Positions 1 through 7,624 of a stretch of 44,405 bases of DNA are shown here, piece by piece; position 1 is the first letter of the stretch, and the number at the start of each line of letters is the position of its first letter. The stretch covers positions 1 to 44,405 of the IMG/VR virus record IMGVR_UViG_3300034069_000356; one strand, given 5' to 3'. The notes beneath the pieces are model-generated. The model saw only the letters and a list, made by a program, of their open reading frames with translations, did not search any database and had not been told where the DNA came from. The translations under genes were made by a program, and so were the position numbers. This DNA is from a virus.

Positions 1-141
1 ACTGCGTAGCCTAGCGTCGGCCTGCCCTCTCCTAATTCCTTCCACGTCTCCACCACATCAGCCACCAGCTTATTGTCTTGCATGACGATCGACAGGGCAC
101 CTTCGTCATACTCACCAGCGCGGATCTTGACGTTAGACAGG
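1..141. repeat. Terminal direct repeat copy 1 (identical to 44265..44405); circular-assembly overlap or terminal redundancy
   Basis: Bases 1-141 (actgcgtagcctagcg...cgttagacagg) recur exactly at 44265-44405; the unique unit is 44264 bp. Confidence 0.95.
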
Positions 142-692
142 TCGGGCGAGTGGGGAGCGTATGCCACCAGAGGTAGGGTGCGGCCGATTTCGACAAGCTG
201 AGCAGCGGTGATAGGCTTAATCAGGCAATCGAAATAGTTGCCGAGTCCGCGTGTCCAAGGTGTTGCTGATAGCCCGATGAAAGGAACCTGAGGATATAGC
301 CCTAGGATCTCAATATGCGTCTTATGAAACCCATGCGCCTCGTCAATGATCGCTAGGTCAAACTTCGGCAGGGCACGGCGGGCAAGCGTCTGGATCGATG
401 CCACCTGTATCGGCTTGGAATAGTCCGTTAGGTGGTGGTTGGCCTGGATAACGCCTACATCCCTCAAACCATCCTCCCAAAACGCCTCTACCGTCTGGTC
501 GATCAGGCTGATGGCGTCTGCAATGAACAGGCAACGCTTACCCTTTGCTCTGGCCATGTGGAAAATGTCAGCTGCTACTTTGGTCTTTCCGGCGCCGGTT
601 TGCAGCTGAAGGATAGGGCGTTTCTTGCCGGCCTTGAGAGCCGCACGCAAGAGAACAACCGATTGCTCCTGATGAGGGAATGGCTTTCTCAT
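1..692 (-). CDS. SF2 DEAD/DEAH-box helicase, N-terminal part; the gene runs off the left edge and continues at 44264 after circularisation (491 aa in total)
   Basis: Absent from the ORF track because there is no stop in the window. My translation from ATG 692: MRKPFPHQEQSVVLLRAALKAGKKRPILQLQTGAGKTKVAADIF... Walker A TGAGKT, motif II IIDEAH, motif III LSATP. ATGA overlap with the stop of the preceding gene at 689. The frame is continuous with 43481..44405. Confidence 0.9.
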   Translation of the reverse strand, partial: MRKPFPHQEQSVVLLRAALKAGKKRPILQLQTGAGKTKVAADIFHMARAKGKRCLFIADAISLIDQTVEAFWEDGLRDVGVIQANHHLTDYSKPIQVASIQTLARRALPKFDLAIIDEAHGFHKTHIEILGLYPQVPFIGLSATPWTRGLGNYFDCLIKPITAAQLVEIGRTLPLVAYAPHSPDLSNVKIRAGEYDEGALSIVMQDNKLVADVVETWKELGEGRPTLGYA

Positions 693-1060
693 TTGGCTAG
701 CAGGCTGTCGTCAGCCGTGTCCTCGGGAGTGCGCCGATAAACGTGCGGCGTTTGCATCGCCAAGATGGCATCAGCAAGCTCGTAGGATTGCTGCTCAACA
801 CGATACGGCACGCATTCAAGGATGCGACGCTCCCATTCCTCTTTCGTCCAAGCGGAATTAGGCGGCCCGCGATGGCCCATACCGGAAACTGTGCCGAGAC
901 CGTGAAGTGCTACAACACGCGCAATCCTGTCTCTATCAGCGCTCCCCCCCTCCATCCGCGCAATCACGCTAGCGATAAGCCCTAGCCCTGCGTCTGTACG
1001 GCCAGCCTTGATGTGATCGTAGCCATGTTGGAGTTGGGCTATCATGTGTTCGTTAGACAT
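689..1060 (-). CDS. hypothetical protein
   Basis: ORF 689..1126 trimmed to the internal ATG at 1060 (MSNEHMIAQLQ...), which is preceded by AAGGAAA. The stop overlaps the helicase ATG (ATGA). Confidence 0.7.
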   Translation of the reverse strand: MSNEHMIAQLQHGYDHIKAGRTDAGLGLIASVIARMEGGSADRDRIARVVALHGLGTVSGMGHRGPPNSAWTKEEWERRILECVPYRVEQQSYELADAILAMQTPHVYRRTPEDTADDSLLAK

Positions 1061-1214
1061 ACGGAATTTCCTTCTTAGCTGAGGCTTCGTCCATGAGCCT
1101 GACAATCTCAGTAACCCGGACAGCACACGAGCATGGGGACAGGCGACAGCCCTTCATGCAGCATTCCAGTAGCAAGAACAGGCGGACACTTTTCACTGTA
1201 TCGCTCTCGTCCAT
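1053..1214 (-). CDS. small Cys-rich hypothetical protein (53 aa)
   Basis: Below the track cutoff. ATG 1214 is preceded by AAGGAG with an 8-nt spacer. Translation: MDESDTVKSVRLFLLLECCMKGCRLSPCSCAVRVTEIVRLMDEASAKKEIPYV. The stop overlaps the next ATG by 8 nt. Confidence 0.5.
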   Translation of the reverse strand: MDESDTVKSVRLFLLLECCMKGCRLSPCSCAVRVTEIVRLMDEASAKKEIPYV

Positions 1215-1272
1215 GTCAGTTGCTCCTTGTGTGGGTGTTGATGCTTGGCGTGATGTCGCTTCTCATCAGCGG

Positions 1273-1668
1273 TCACGCCTGCTTTCGGGCGAACGGAATG
1301 ACCTTGGCACCATCCTGCCGAGCCCCTTCCTTCTTGTCTTCTACTACTCCGTAAGGAGAGTAAGGTATCGTGGGTAAATTTTTCCCTTCCTGATGGAAAT
1401 TTTTACCCAGCGAGATTTGGATATGATCGGACGTTCTGAGGTTCCCATAAGACCGCTTTAGGCGGCGGATAAAACCCTTCTCCTCTAGCCCCTGCAAAGC
1501 CGTCCGAACCGTTTTTCGTGTCACCTCGGCTTTAGAAGCTATGGTATCTTGAGCATAGAATGACCACCCATCCGCGTCGGATCTGTCTGCAAGAATCATT
1601 AGGACCACGCGCTCAACAGGTGATAAGCCTTTTGCGGAGTACGCCCAGCGTAACTGCTTGAAGCTCAT
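1273..1668 (-). CDS. winged-helix/HTH DNA-binding protein, possible replication initiator or helicase-loader partner
   Basis: N-terminal pattern LSPVERVVLMILADRSDADGWSFYAQDTIASKAEVTRKTVRTALQGLEEKGFI is typical of phage wHTH replication proteins. ATGA overlap with the upstream gene. Lies upstream of the helicase. Confidence 0.6.
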   Translation of the reverse strand: MSFKQLRWAYSAKGLSPVERVVLMILADRSDADGWSFYAQDTIASKAEVTRKTVRTALQGLEEKGFIRRLKRSYGNLRTSDHIQISLGKNFHQEGKNLPTIPYSPYGVVEDKKEGARQDGAKVIPFARKQA

Positions 1669-1865
1669 TCGTCATTCCAGCAGGAGCAGGAAGGATCAGA
1701 GGCTCCGCAACCTTGGCAAAACCCTTGAATGACACGAAGCCTAGCTTGATCATTTGGAAGCGCTCTAAGCTGCGTTCGCAATTCGATTATCATAAAGGCG
1801 AGCCACACCTCATCGAGGGCGTTGCAACCATCAGATAGATTGGGTATTACAGCATCAGTCGTCAC
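1665..1865 (-). CDS. hypothetical protein
   Basis: GTG start at 1865 after GGAG. The stop overlaps the next ATG. Cys-rich C-terminus (CQGCGASDPSCSC). Confidence 0.6.
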   Translation of the reverse strand: MTTDAVIPNLSDGCNALDEVWLAFMIIELRTQLRALPNDQARLRVIQGFCQGCGASDPSCSCWNDE

Positions 1866-1977
1866 AGCGTATCTCCGTCCGCTAGGCGATTAGGGATTGG
1901 CGTCCCGTAACCACCCGATGAACCCCCGCTGTCGAGCTTGCTCCGGCGGGGGCTAAGGTTGAAACCTACGCCTCTTC

Positions 1978-2163
1978 CTAATCACTGACAAGCTTAAAAA
2001 ATTCCACGTCCCACTCCGTCTCGCCGAAGGGCCAAGGCTCCCAACGTCTCTGTCCTGTCAGCACAGGTGGAGAAATAACCCCGTTTCGATATTTGCAGAT
2101 CACCAGCACGTCAGGCCGGCGAGGCTTGCGGAGAGGGTTGGGGCGCCAGACATCATCAGCCAT
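1978..2163 (-). CDS. hypothetical protein
   Basis: ORF 1978..2187 trimmed to ATG 2163 (MADDVWRPNP...), which shares one base with the upstream TGA (TGATG). Confidence 0.55.
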   Translation of the reverse strand: MADDVWRPNPLRKPRRPDVLVICKYRNGVISPPVLTGQRRWEPWPFGETEWDVEFFKLVSD

Positions 2164-2777
2164 CAGAAAAAGAACGCTCTTCCGCAAACCTTACAATCTC
2201 GATGTTGGCATCCAGTTCGCGGCTGAAAGCGGGTGGAGTCCGACCACCCATGCATATGCTGACACACGAATGCCTGCCACACCGACCAATTTTTGGTCAG
2301 CAGGAAATCGAAAAACGAAGGCTTCCATTCATCATCTGACATGGGTATAATCCTTGTGCTGTTCCGATGGTTGTTCCAGCGCTCAAAGCACGTCCGGCCG
2401 GCTTGCTGAGAGAAAGTAGCCAAACCCTCGATAGAGGGAGAAAACTGGTCACAGCACTCAAGACCTAGTTCGCTAGGCATCGTAGCTGCCGAGTATGGAT
2501 TGGGCTTCTCCGGTCGCTCGGCAGCTACAATATCTTTGGCCTTGCTCTCTAAATGCACTATTGGTATAATACCCGTGCTGGTGCCGGTAGCTGTCAAGCA
2601 CGCCGACGTTGCAACCCCAGCATCCTGCGCTGCTTCGGCATCAGGCTTAAATGCAAGGTATGGATTGGGCTTTCCCGGTCGCCTTGGTTGTAGCTCCTGC
2701 TTGGTGATGGCCAACGATCTTTCGTCGGTTGCGTGATCCAAGTGGGAGCTACAAAACCTCCACGCAGACCAACCCAT
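2163..2777 (-). CDS. repeat-containing ORF with an uncertain start; possibly only a 59-aa CDS at 2163..2342 plus a non-coding repeat region
   Basis: A 204-aa ORF overlaps the rusA end by 29 nt and has no RBS at 2777. The internal ATG 2342 (MSDDEWKPSFF...) has AAGGA 8 nt upstream. The upstream part contains duplicated RP(G/E)KPNPY and ST(G/R)IIP(I/M) segments. Confidence 0.4.
   Translation of the reverse strand: MGWSAWRFCSSHLDHATDERSLAITKQELQPRRPGKPNPYLAFKPDAEAAQDAGVATSACLTATGTSTGIIPIVHLESKAKDIVAAERPEKPNPYSAATMPSELGLECCDQFSPSIEGLATFSQQAGRTCFERWNNHRNSTRIIPMSDDEWKPSFFDFLLTKNWSVWQAFVCQHMHGWSDSTRFQPRTGCQHRDCKVCGRAFFF
2343..2683. repeat. Two pairs of dispersed direct repeats: R1 of 26 nt (2493-2518, 2658-2683) and R2 of 19 nt (2343-2361, 2562-2580)
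   Basis: R1: gtatggattgggcttctccggtcgct versus gtatggattgggctttcccggtcgcc (23/26). R2: gggtataatccttgtgctg versus tggtataatacccgtgctg (15/19). Sequence between the repeats is unrelated. Confidence 0.8.
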
Positions 2778-3087
2778 CTTTCATAACCTCGCCCAGCTCA
2801 TAGGTTGGCCGGAACATGCTGTCATCAACGCCCCACGCTTTTGCGATGCCGTCAGCTGCCGCCTTGCAGGAAGCTACCAAATTATCAATATCGACTGCAT
2901 TGGCGGTCTTAGGGTGGAACGTCCACCGCATCGGGATCAAGCCAGGCTCAGGCCGGATTAGGCTTTGTTTGGTAAGCCAGTAGGCTACCTCCTTAGCTTT
3001 CTTCTTTGCCTTGTGAAGCGTCATGTAATGCACACGGGCGTTCGGAGACAGCGCTTTGTCAGGCCACGGAAGGATGATCGCGCTCAC
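2749..3087 (-). CDS. rusA: RusA-family Holliday junction resolvase
   Basis: LPWPDKALSPNAR near the N-terminus and DIDNLVASCKAAADGIAKAWGVDD match the RusA catalytic Asp motif pattern. I prefer GTG 3087 (GTGA overlap with the ninB stop); the longest ORF starts at 3102. Confidence 0.85.
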   Translation of the reverse strand: MSAIILPWPDKALSPNARVHYMTLHKAKKKAKEVAYWLTKQSLIRPEPGLIPMRWTFHPKTANAVDIDNLVASCKAAADGIAKAWGVDDSMFRPTYELGEVMKDGLVCVEVL

Positions 3088-3461
3088 GGCTCCACACTCC
3101 ACCTGATCCCCGCCTCAGCGCCCCATGCCAGCGTCCAATCAATCAAATCCCGCATTTGAGACTTGGTCAGGCGTGACGAGCGGAAGCCGGCAGGGAATGG
3201 CTGACCGTCCAATCCTTGGAGGAATTGCACCTCATACCCGCAAGCAGCCATAACGAGACATTTCCATTGCTCGGGGGTGTGACGACGGCCACCGGGCTTC
3301 TGCCGGCTGATGTCGGACAGAAGGCTCCAGAACAGCGCATTCTGATCTGCGTTGCGGGTTTCCTCCTTGATCGTGACAATCGCGTTTGGCGGCGCCTTGC
3401 TGACCAGATTTTGGGCTAGTGCGCGCTGGGCATCACTTCTAAGAATTACCGTCTGGGCCAT
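3084..3461 (-). CDS. ninB: NinB/Orf-family recombination mediator
   Basis: IVTIKEETRNADQNALFWSLLSDISRQ, WKCLVMAA and SSRLTKSQMRDLIDWTLAWGAEAGIRWS run parallel to lambda NinB as I recall it (VVTIQERNRSLDQNRKLWACLGDVSRQ, WKCVFTAA, ...GVKWS). ATG 3461 follows GGAG. Confidence 0.85.
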   Translation of the reverse strand: MAQTVILRSDAQRALAQNLVSKAPPNAIVTIKEETRNADQNALFWSLLSDISRQKPGGRRHTPEQWKCLVMAACGYEVQFLQGLDGQPFPAGFRSSRLTKSQMRDLIDWTLAWGAEAGIRWSVEP

Positions 3462-3741
3462 TACCCTCACTCCATAGCCTGTCGGCCTCGGCCAGCAAAT
3501 CAACGCCGTGTAATTTGGTGAAGCCCGCGTGACCCAATGCCTCTACGCTTTCCCGTGGGCCATGCTGGATCATGTGATGCCTAGGACAGAGCGGGACAAC
3601 GCGGCGATGTGATCGGGAAATGCGCTGATAGCCGTCGCTGGTGACGTGATGAAGCGTGGATGGGCTGCCACAGATTAGACAGCCCATCTCAGCAACCCGG
3701 TCCATATGCCTGCGCTCGGCTACGGGTTTGTATTTAGCCAT
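3439..3741 (-). CDS. Ref-like/DUF968 HNH-type recombination enhancement nuclease
   Basis: Pattern H..V.E.GC.IC.....LHH...........R..VPLC.RHH...H is typical of P1 Ref/DUF968. Located inside the recombination module. Confidence 0.65.
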   Translation of the reverse strand: MAKYKPVAERRHMDRVAEMGCLICGSPSTLHHVTSDGYQRISRSHRRVVPLCPRHHMIQHGPRESVEALGHAGFTKLHGVDLLAEADRLWSEGNGPDGNS

Positions 3742-4115
3742 CAGAATGGCGCGTCGAAATCTTCGCCAATGTCAGCGAAATTGCCCCGGCTTTCCTGCTT
3801 CGGTGCTGGGCGTTCTTGGCGCTCTGCCTTGCCGCCCATCAGGTCAACCTCGTTAGCGCGGATTTCAAGCTGCATCTTGCCGTCCCATTCGCGCAATTCT
3901 AACTCGCCTGACACGGCCACCTTGCCGCCCTTGAGGAGATACGGCTGCAATGAAACGCCGCGCTTGCCCCAAATCTGGACGCGGAACCAATTGGTCTGCT
4001 TCTTGTCGCCAAAGCCCTGCGACGATGCGAGCGAGAATGAGCACACCTCGCTGTTGCCGGCGTTGCGGAGTTCGGCATCCTTGCCGATACTGCCGGTTAC
4101 GGTGATGGTCTGCAT
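3741..4115 (-). CDS. ssb: single-stranded DNA-binding protein
   Basis: OB-fold pattern (ITVTGSIGKDAELR..., WFRVQIWGKRG..., GGKVAVSGELELREW) and an acidic C-terminal tip, EDFDAPF. Confidence 0.9.
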   Translation of the reverse strand: MQTITVTGSIGKDAELRNAGNSEVCSFSLASSQGFGDKKQTNWFRVQIWGKRGVSLQPYLLKGGKVAVSGELELREWDGKMQLEIRANEVDLMGGKAERQERPAPKQESRGNFADIGEDFDAPF

Positions 4116-4810
4116 TAGTAGGCTTCCTTCTTGGTCTCGACCTTGACGCCATCAATTGGGCCGGTCTTGAAATGGGTGCGGACATATTCCGCGATAAAAT
4201 CGGTCATAGCCGGCTTGTCGTTCTTCGCGATCCAGTAGAGCGCGGCCTTGAAATCCTTGATCTCATAGACCTGTACCGTTCGCATCCCCTTAACGGTGTC
4301 TTTGCTGGCGCGAGCGGCTTGCTTCTTTGCTTCCTCTGCCTGGGCCAAAAGATCGTCAGCCGCACGCTGCTCCGCGATGCTTGCCGAACGCGCTTGCTCA
4401 GCCGCCTCTCTGGCCTTTTGTGCAGTCTCATCGGCAATCCGCTGCGCTTCTAGCCGTGCTCTCTCCTTCTCGGCTGCAAGCTGCTCCTTGTAGGGCGCCT
4501 GAGCGGATACCAGACACTTAACTTGACGATCTAGATCATCCTGTGTCGGCTTCCACCGTGCTACCTCGGCTTTCCACACCTCATGCAGTGGTTTGGTGTA
4601 CTCATCGCGAGCTACGTCAACCGCCTTGCGAGCCGCCTTTAGCTCCTTGAGCAGTTTATCCGTGTCCTTGAGCTGGCCTGCGTCTTTGACCGTCTCACCG
4701 TCAAGCCAGTGCTCCACTTCGGCCAGAATATCCGCGTAGGGCTCTAGCGCAAGGTCGATCGGGTCAGGCGGATTGTTGTCGCCAATCGTGGCGCGCGGGT
4801 TCGTTGCCAT
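4115..4810 (-). CDS. coiled-coil hypothetical protein of the recombination module
   Basis: N-terminal GDNNPP motif, then a long Ala/Glu/Lys/Arg-rich coiled segment. AAGGAG RBS. Lies between erf and ssb. Confidence 0.75.
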   Translation of the reverse strand: MATNPRATIGDNNPPDPIDLALEPYADILAEVEHWLDGETVKDAGQLKDTDKLLKELKAARKAVDVARDEYTKPLHEVWKAEVARWKPTQDDLDRQVKCLVSAQAPYKEQLAAEKERARLEAQRIADETAQKAREAAEQARSASIAEQRAADDLLAQAEEAKKQAARASKDTVKGMRTVQVYEIKDFKAALYWIAKNDKPAMTDFIAEYVRTHFKTGPIDGVKVETKKEAY

Positions 4811-4821
4811 ATCTGCGCTCC

Positions 4822-5487
4822 TTAGTAGGGAATTTCGTCAGCCAGAACCGGGTCAGCCTGGGGCTTCGGCTTGGCTTTCTTACGAAGGATCTTGACGGCA
4901 TCGTCCAGATTGACGGCCGGGATTTCCTCAAGCGTCTTGAGCTTGATATGCGCGAGGAACTTAGCCTTGTCCGCGCCGACTTCCTCAATCAGCGCCTCAA
5001 GCGATGCGACCTGATATTTGTCGATCGTCTGCACGACCACCTCGTGCGTGGTCGAATCGGCGTCGTTATCCCCTTCAGTGGGGATGCAAAAAGCCTGCAT
5101 TGCAGCATATTTGAAAGCCGCCGACATAGCCTTATTGGTGCTTTTGTCAGAACTGTCCATCGCCTCGCCAAACGTCACGACGGTATGCTTTGAGCCGTCC
5201 TCGGCGGACACCAGATCAAACTCAGCCTTTACCGTGGTGTAAAACATCACACCGCCATTGCGGGTTGGCCGTTCCTCGCTGGTGCGATCCAGAACGCGCG
5301 GGAGCATCATCAACTTGTTAGCTGACATGACAGATGACAGAGCGTTGTAAATGTCATCAATGCCGCGAAATTTGAACTTAGGTCCGCCGCCATCGCCAGA
5401 CTGACGATCCTTGCCGATACCTTCCTTTGACATGTGCGCCATGACAGCGGCTATCGCTGCATAGACCTTGGGAGCTTCGGCTGCCAT
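4822..5487 (-). CDS. erf: ERF-family single-strand annealing protein
   Basis: FKFRGIDDIYNAL..., GEAMDSSDKSTNKAMSAAFKYAAMQAFCIPTEGDNDAD matches the ERF family core (compare P22 Erf YKYRSCEDI..., KGMDAAQVTGATSSYARKYCLNGLFGIDD). Confidence 0.85.
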   Translation of the reverse strand: MAAEAPKVYAAIAAVMAHMSKEGIGKDRQSGDGGGPKFKFRGIDDIYNALSSVMSANKLMMLPRVLDRTSEERPTRNGGVMFYTTVKAEFDLVSAEDGSKHTVVTFGEAMDSSDKSTNKAMSAAFKYAAMQAFCIPTEGDNDADSTTHEVVVQTIDKYQVASLEALIEEVGADKAKFLAHIKLKTLEEIPAVNLDDAVKILRKKAKPKPQADPVLADEIPY

Positions 5488-5508
5488 AATATCTCCGTTG
5501 CGTGTGAG

Positions 5509-5540
5509 CTAGGCCAGTTGATTGGAAGCGGCTGGCCTAG
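5509..5540. promoter_or_regulatory. Perfect 9-bp inverted repeat (CTAGGCCAG-N14-CTGGCCTAG) in the erf 5' leader
   Basis: Read directly from the sequence. It lies 22 nt upstream of the erf ATG and is followed by TTT on the + strand only. Confidence 0.4.
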
Positions 5541-5664
5541 TTTCGGGATTGGATCTGGATTACCCTGAGCCGGGTGACGCTTACGACCTCAGATGCACCA
5601 TCCACCATTTTCCGTTCGATGATGCAAGGGCCTTCCATAAGAATTATGCGGCTTTTTGATTTCC

Positions 5665-5934
5665 TCATTTCAAAGCACGATCGATTTTATCAGCCATCCT
5701 CCTTAATTCATCTGCCGTAAAATCCGCCTTTCCCTGATTGCAACGCTTGCAACATGCAACAATATTGGAAATTGTATCTAAACCACCCTTACTCAAGGGT
5801 AGAACATGGTCAGCAGTCGGCCTGTTTGTATTGCCATGCAGGCTTAAAGCCCTGTTGCAATAAAAACATCTATAGCCTTGGTTTTCTGTTATCAAAGCCA
5901 CAAAAGCATCTCTTTGTTTTCTGGTCATTTGCAT
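5665..5934 (-). CDS. HNH endonuclease
   Basis: CFYCNRAL...ADHVLPLSKGG...NIVACCKRCNQGK is a classical HNH zinc-finger core. The segment is visibly AT-richer than its flanks. Confidence 0.9.
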   Translation of the reverse strand: MQMTRKQRDAFVALITENQGYRCFYCNRALSLHGNTNRPTADHVLPLSKGGLDTISNIVACCKRCNQGKADFTADELRRMADKIDRALK

Positions 5935-6047
5935 TATGAGAAAATCCAGCTAACTAATGAAAATACCCCCTGAACAATCAGCGACGCAAAAAAGGTAGAC
6001 AGGCCGGTGATCAGCATGAATTCAACGGGATGGATGTGCTTTAGCAT
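5934..6047 (-). CDS. small hydrophobic peptide (37 aa)
   Basis: Below the track cutoff. Translation: MLKHIHPVEFMLITGLSTFFASLIVQGVFSLVSWIFS. Its ATG overlaps the upstream stop (ATGCTAA) and its TAA overlaps the HNH ATG (TAATG). Confidence 0.5.
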   Translation of the reverse strand: MLKHIHPVEFMLITGLSTFFASLIVQGVFSLVSWIFS

Positions 6048-6598
6048 GCCGACACCTGTAAGAATGCGTTGGCTGTCCACCCTTTCTTTTGAGCAAAATT
6101 CATCATCTGATTATCCGACATAGGTTTCCCGTGGACCATCCATCCTTCACGATCTTTAGATATTACGGACGCGCGATAAACAGGCCCCAGCTTCTGAAGG
6201 AACCGTTGTGCCTGTCCTGCGACAGAAGGATCTATGGTCGGCTCAAAGGACGATTTGAAATCACGGTCAGCAGCATAATTGCCGGGTCGTTTGGATGGTC
6301 GGGGACTAGTGGGCAAGCCAGCCTCGCCTAGCCACCGCTTTACGGACTCATCGCCAGCCTTATAGAACCTAGCGAGGTCATGGATGCTTTTGCCTTTCGC
6401 ATGGCTGATGAAGCCGTCAGGCATAGGACGCACCTTGCGAGGTGGCTTGCCGGGACGGATGAGGCCAAGCTCGGCACGCCAGCGATAGATCGCCCGGTTG
6501 CCTACCTTATACCGCGTGATGAGGTCTTCCATCGTTTCGGCATAGGCATATTGTGCAAAATCGGCCGGGGCTGGACGGAGTTTGGTAAGGGCTTTCAT
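6041..6598 (-). CDS. DNA-binding protein with two HTH-like repeats
   Basis: ORF trimmed to ATG 6598 (GGAG upstream, ATGA overlap). Repeated ITRYKVGNRAIYRWRAELGL and LARFYKAGDESVKRWLGEAGL segments. Confidence 0.65.
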   Translation of the reverse strand: MKALTKLRPAPADFAQYAYAETMEDLITRYKVGNRAIYRWRAELGLIRPGKPPRKVRPMPDGFISHAKGKSIHDLARFYKAGDESVKRWLGEAGLPTSPRPSKRPGNYAADRDFKSSFEPTIDPSVAGQAQRFLQKLGPVYRASVISKDREGWMVHGKPMSDNQMMNFAQKKGWTANAFLQVSAC

Positions 6599-6906
6599 AT
6601 GATTTGCTCCCAACAACGGATTAGGCCATAGATGGCATCGATTGTAACGCCGTAGTCCTTGGCGATCTGAGCGGGTTTCTCAGATTTGCTGCGCTCAATA
6701 ATGGTGGCAATCTCAAGGCTGCTCCAAACCTTACGCGGAGGCCGCTTTTTCTTGTACGGTCGTTTAGCACTGGACCGCTCGCGCCTGATAGCATCTCCAA
6801 GAAACTCCGACTCGTCATTGGTGAGCGGACGAAATCGTGAAATCTCCTCCATGAGCATTACGACGGTATAGCGGGCTGCGCCGTTAGCAGGCGCCTCGCG
6901 GTTCAC
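6595..6906 (-). CDS. HTH DNA-binding protein
   Basis: C-terminal IAKDYGVTIDAIYGLI helix-turn-helix and a basic KRPYKKKRPPRK tract. GTGA overlap at the start. Confidence 0.6.
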   Translation of the reverse strand: MNREAPANGAARYTVVMLMEEISRFRPLTNDESEFLGDAIRRERSSAKRPYKKKRPPRKVWSSLEIATIIERSKSEKPAQIAKDYGVTIDAIYGLIRCWEQII

Positions 6907-7133
6907 AATCGCTCCCGAGAAATGAACCGACCGTTAGGACCGCGTGGCGGGTGGAGATAGTCAGCCAGCTTGGCGCTAAGGGCTTCCGAACGGGTGACCT
7001 GATAGTCGATCTCCCGGTGCAGTTCTTTCATCCGCCATGAGCCGATGAGATAGCCGGCCACGAAAGCCAGAATGAAGCCAACGCCTATCGCGTAGGACGG
7101 CCAGTAGAGGTCGGGGTTAAGAATACTGGTCAT
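6903..7133 (-). CDS. small membrane protein
   Basis: GGAGGAAACCC precedes the ATG. One TM segment: YAIGVGFILAFVAGYLIGSW. Confidence 0.65.
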   Translation of the reverse strand: MTSILNPDLYWPSYAIGVGFILAFVAGYLIGSWRMKELHREIDYQVTRSEALSAKLADYLHPPRGPNGRFISRERL

Positions 7134-7263
7134 GGGTTTCCTCCAATTCCTTCGCCCACTTTGATATGAATGTGCGCCGCCGCCAAGCCTTTAGACGGCT
7201 GATGGCTACCAGAAGGATTGTCACGGCTATCAAGTAGCCACCTAGCCACATAGCGTATTTCAT
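7117..7263 (-). CDS. small membrane protein (48 aa)
   Basis: ORF 7117..7326 trimmed to ATG 7263, which follows GGAGGG. TM segment: MWLGGYLIAVTILLVAI. Confidence 0.55.
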   Translation of the reverse strand: MKYAMWLGGYLIAVTILLVAISRLKAWRRRTFISKWAKELEETHDQYS

Positions 7264-7442
7264 GACTTTCCCTCCAAAACATGCATGATGCCATCGGCTT
7301 GCCTGCGTGCCAGCCATTTCGACCAAGATATGGCTTTTCCATCCTCATCAATGGGGAAACCCCTCCCAACACGTTTGGCAAAATACTCTAGATATGGCGC
7401 AATGCTATCCGCCAATACGCGCTCAACATCTTCGCGATTCAT
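7260..7442 (-). CDS. hypothetical protein (60 aa)
   Basis: ORF 7260..7646 trimmed to ATG 7442, which follows AAGGAG (MNREDVERVLADSI...). Confidence 0.55.
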   Translation of the reverse strand: MNREDVERVLADSIAPYLEYFAKRVGRGFPIDEDGKAISWSKWLARRQADGIMHVLEGKS

Positions 7443-7624
7443 GCATCCAGCTCCTTGGCTGACACGTTCCTTAACCCAGCAAGCATCCTTACAGACGAAT
7501 GGTACATCTTGGGGATGCCCTTCGTACGCCAATACCAGACCGACTGCCGGCTGATGTTGAAATGCGCCCTGATGGCGGGCTCTCCGATGCGTTCGATGAC
7601 GCTTGCGTGGGGGTGCTTGTCCAT
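7439..7624 (-). CDS. Cro/YdaS-like HTH regulator, first gene of the leftward unit
   Basis: AIRAHFNISRQSVWYWRTKGIPKMY is an HTH followed by the typical G-IP motif. The start is ambiguous (7624, 7663 or 7690). I prefer 7624 (61 aa), which leaves a 93-bp divergent control region. Confidence 0.6.
   Translation of the reverse strand: MDKHPHASVIERIGEPAIRAHFNISRQSVWYWRTKGIPKMYHSSVRMLAGLRNVSAKELDA

Noticed and set aside
1-141. Biological direct terminal repeat (T7-like DTR)
   Set aside because: The repeat lies in the middle of the helicase ORF. The terminase and portal are P22-like (headful packaging). The 141-bp length equals a common assembler k-mer size. An assembly overlap is more likely, but this is unproven without reads.
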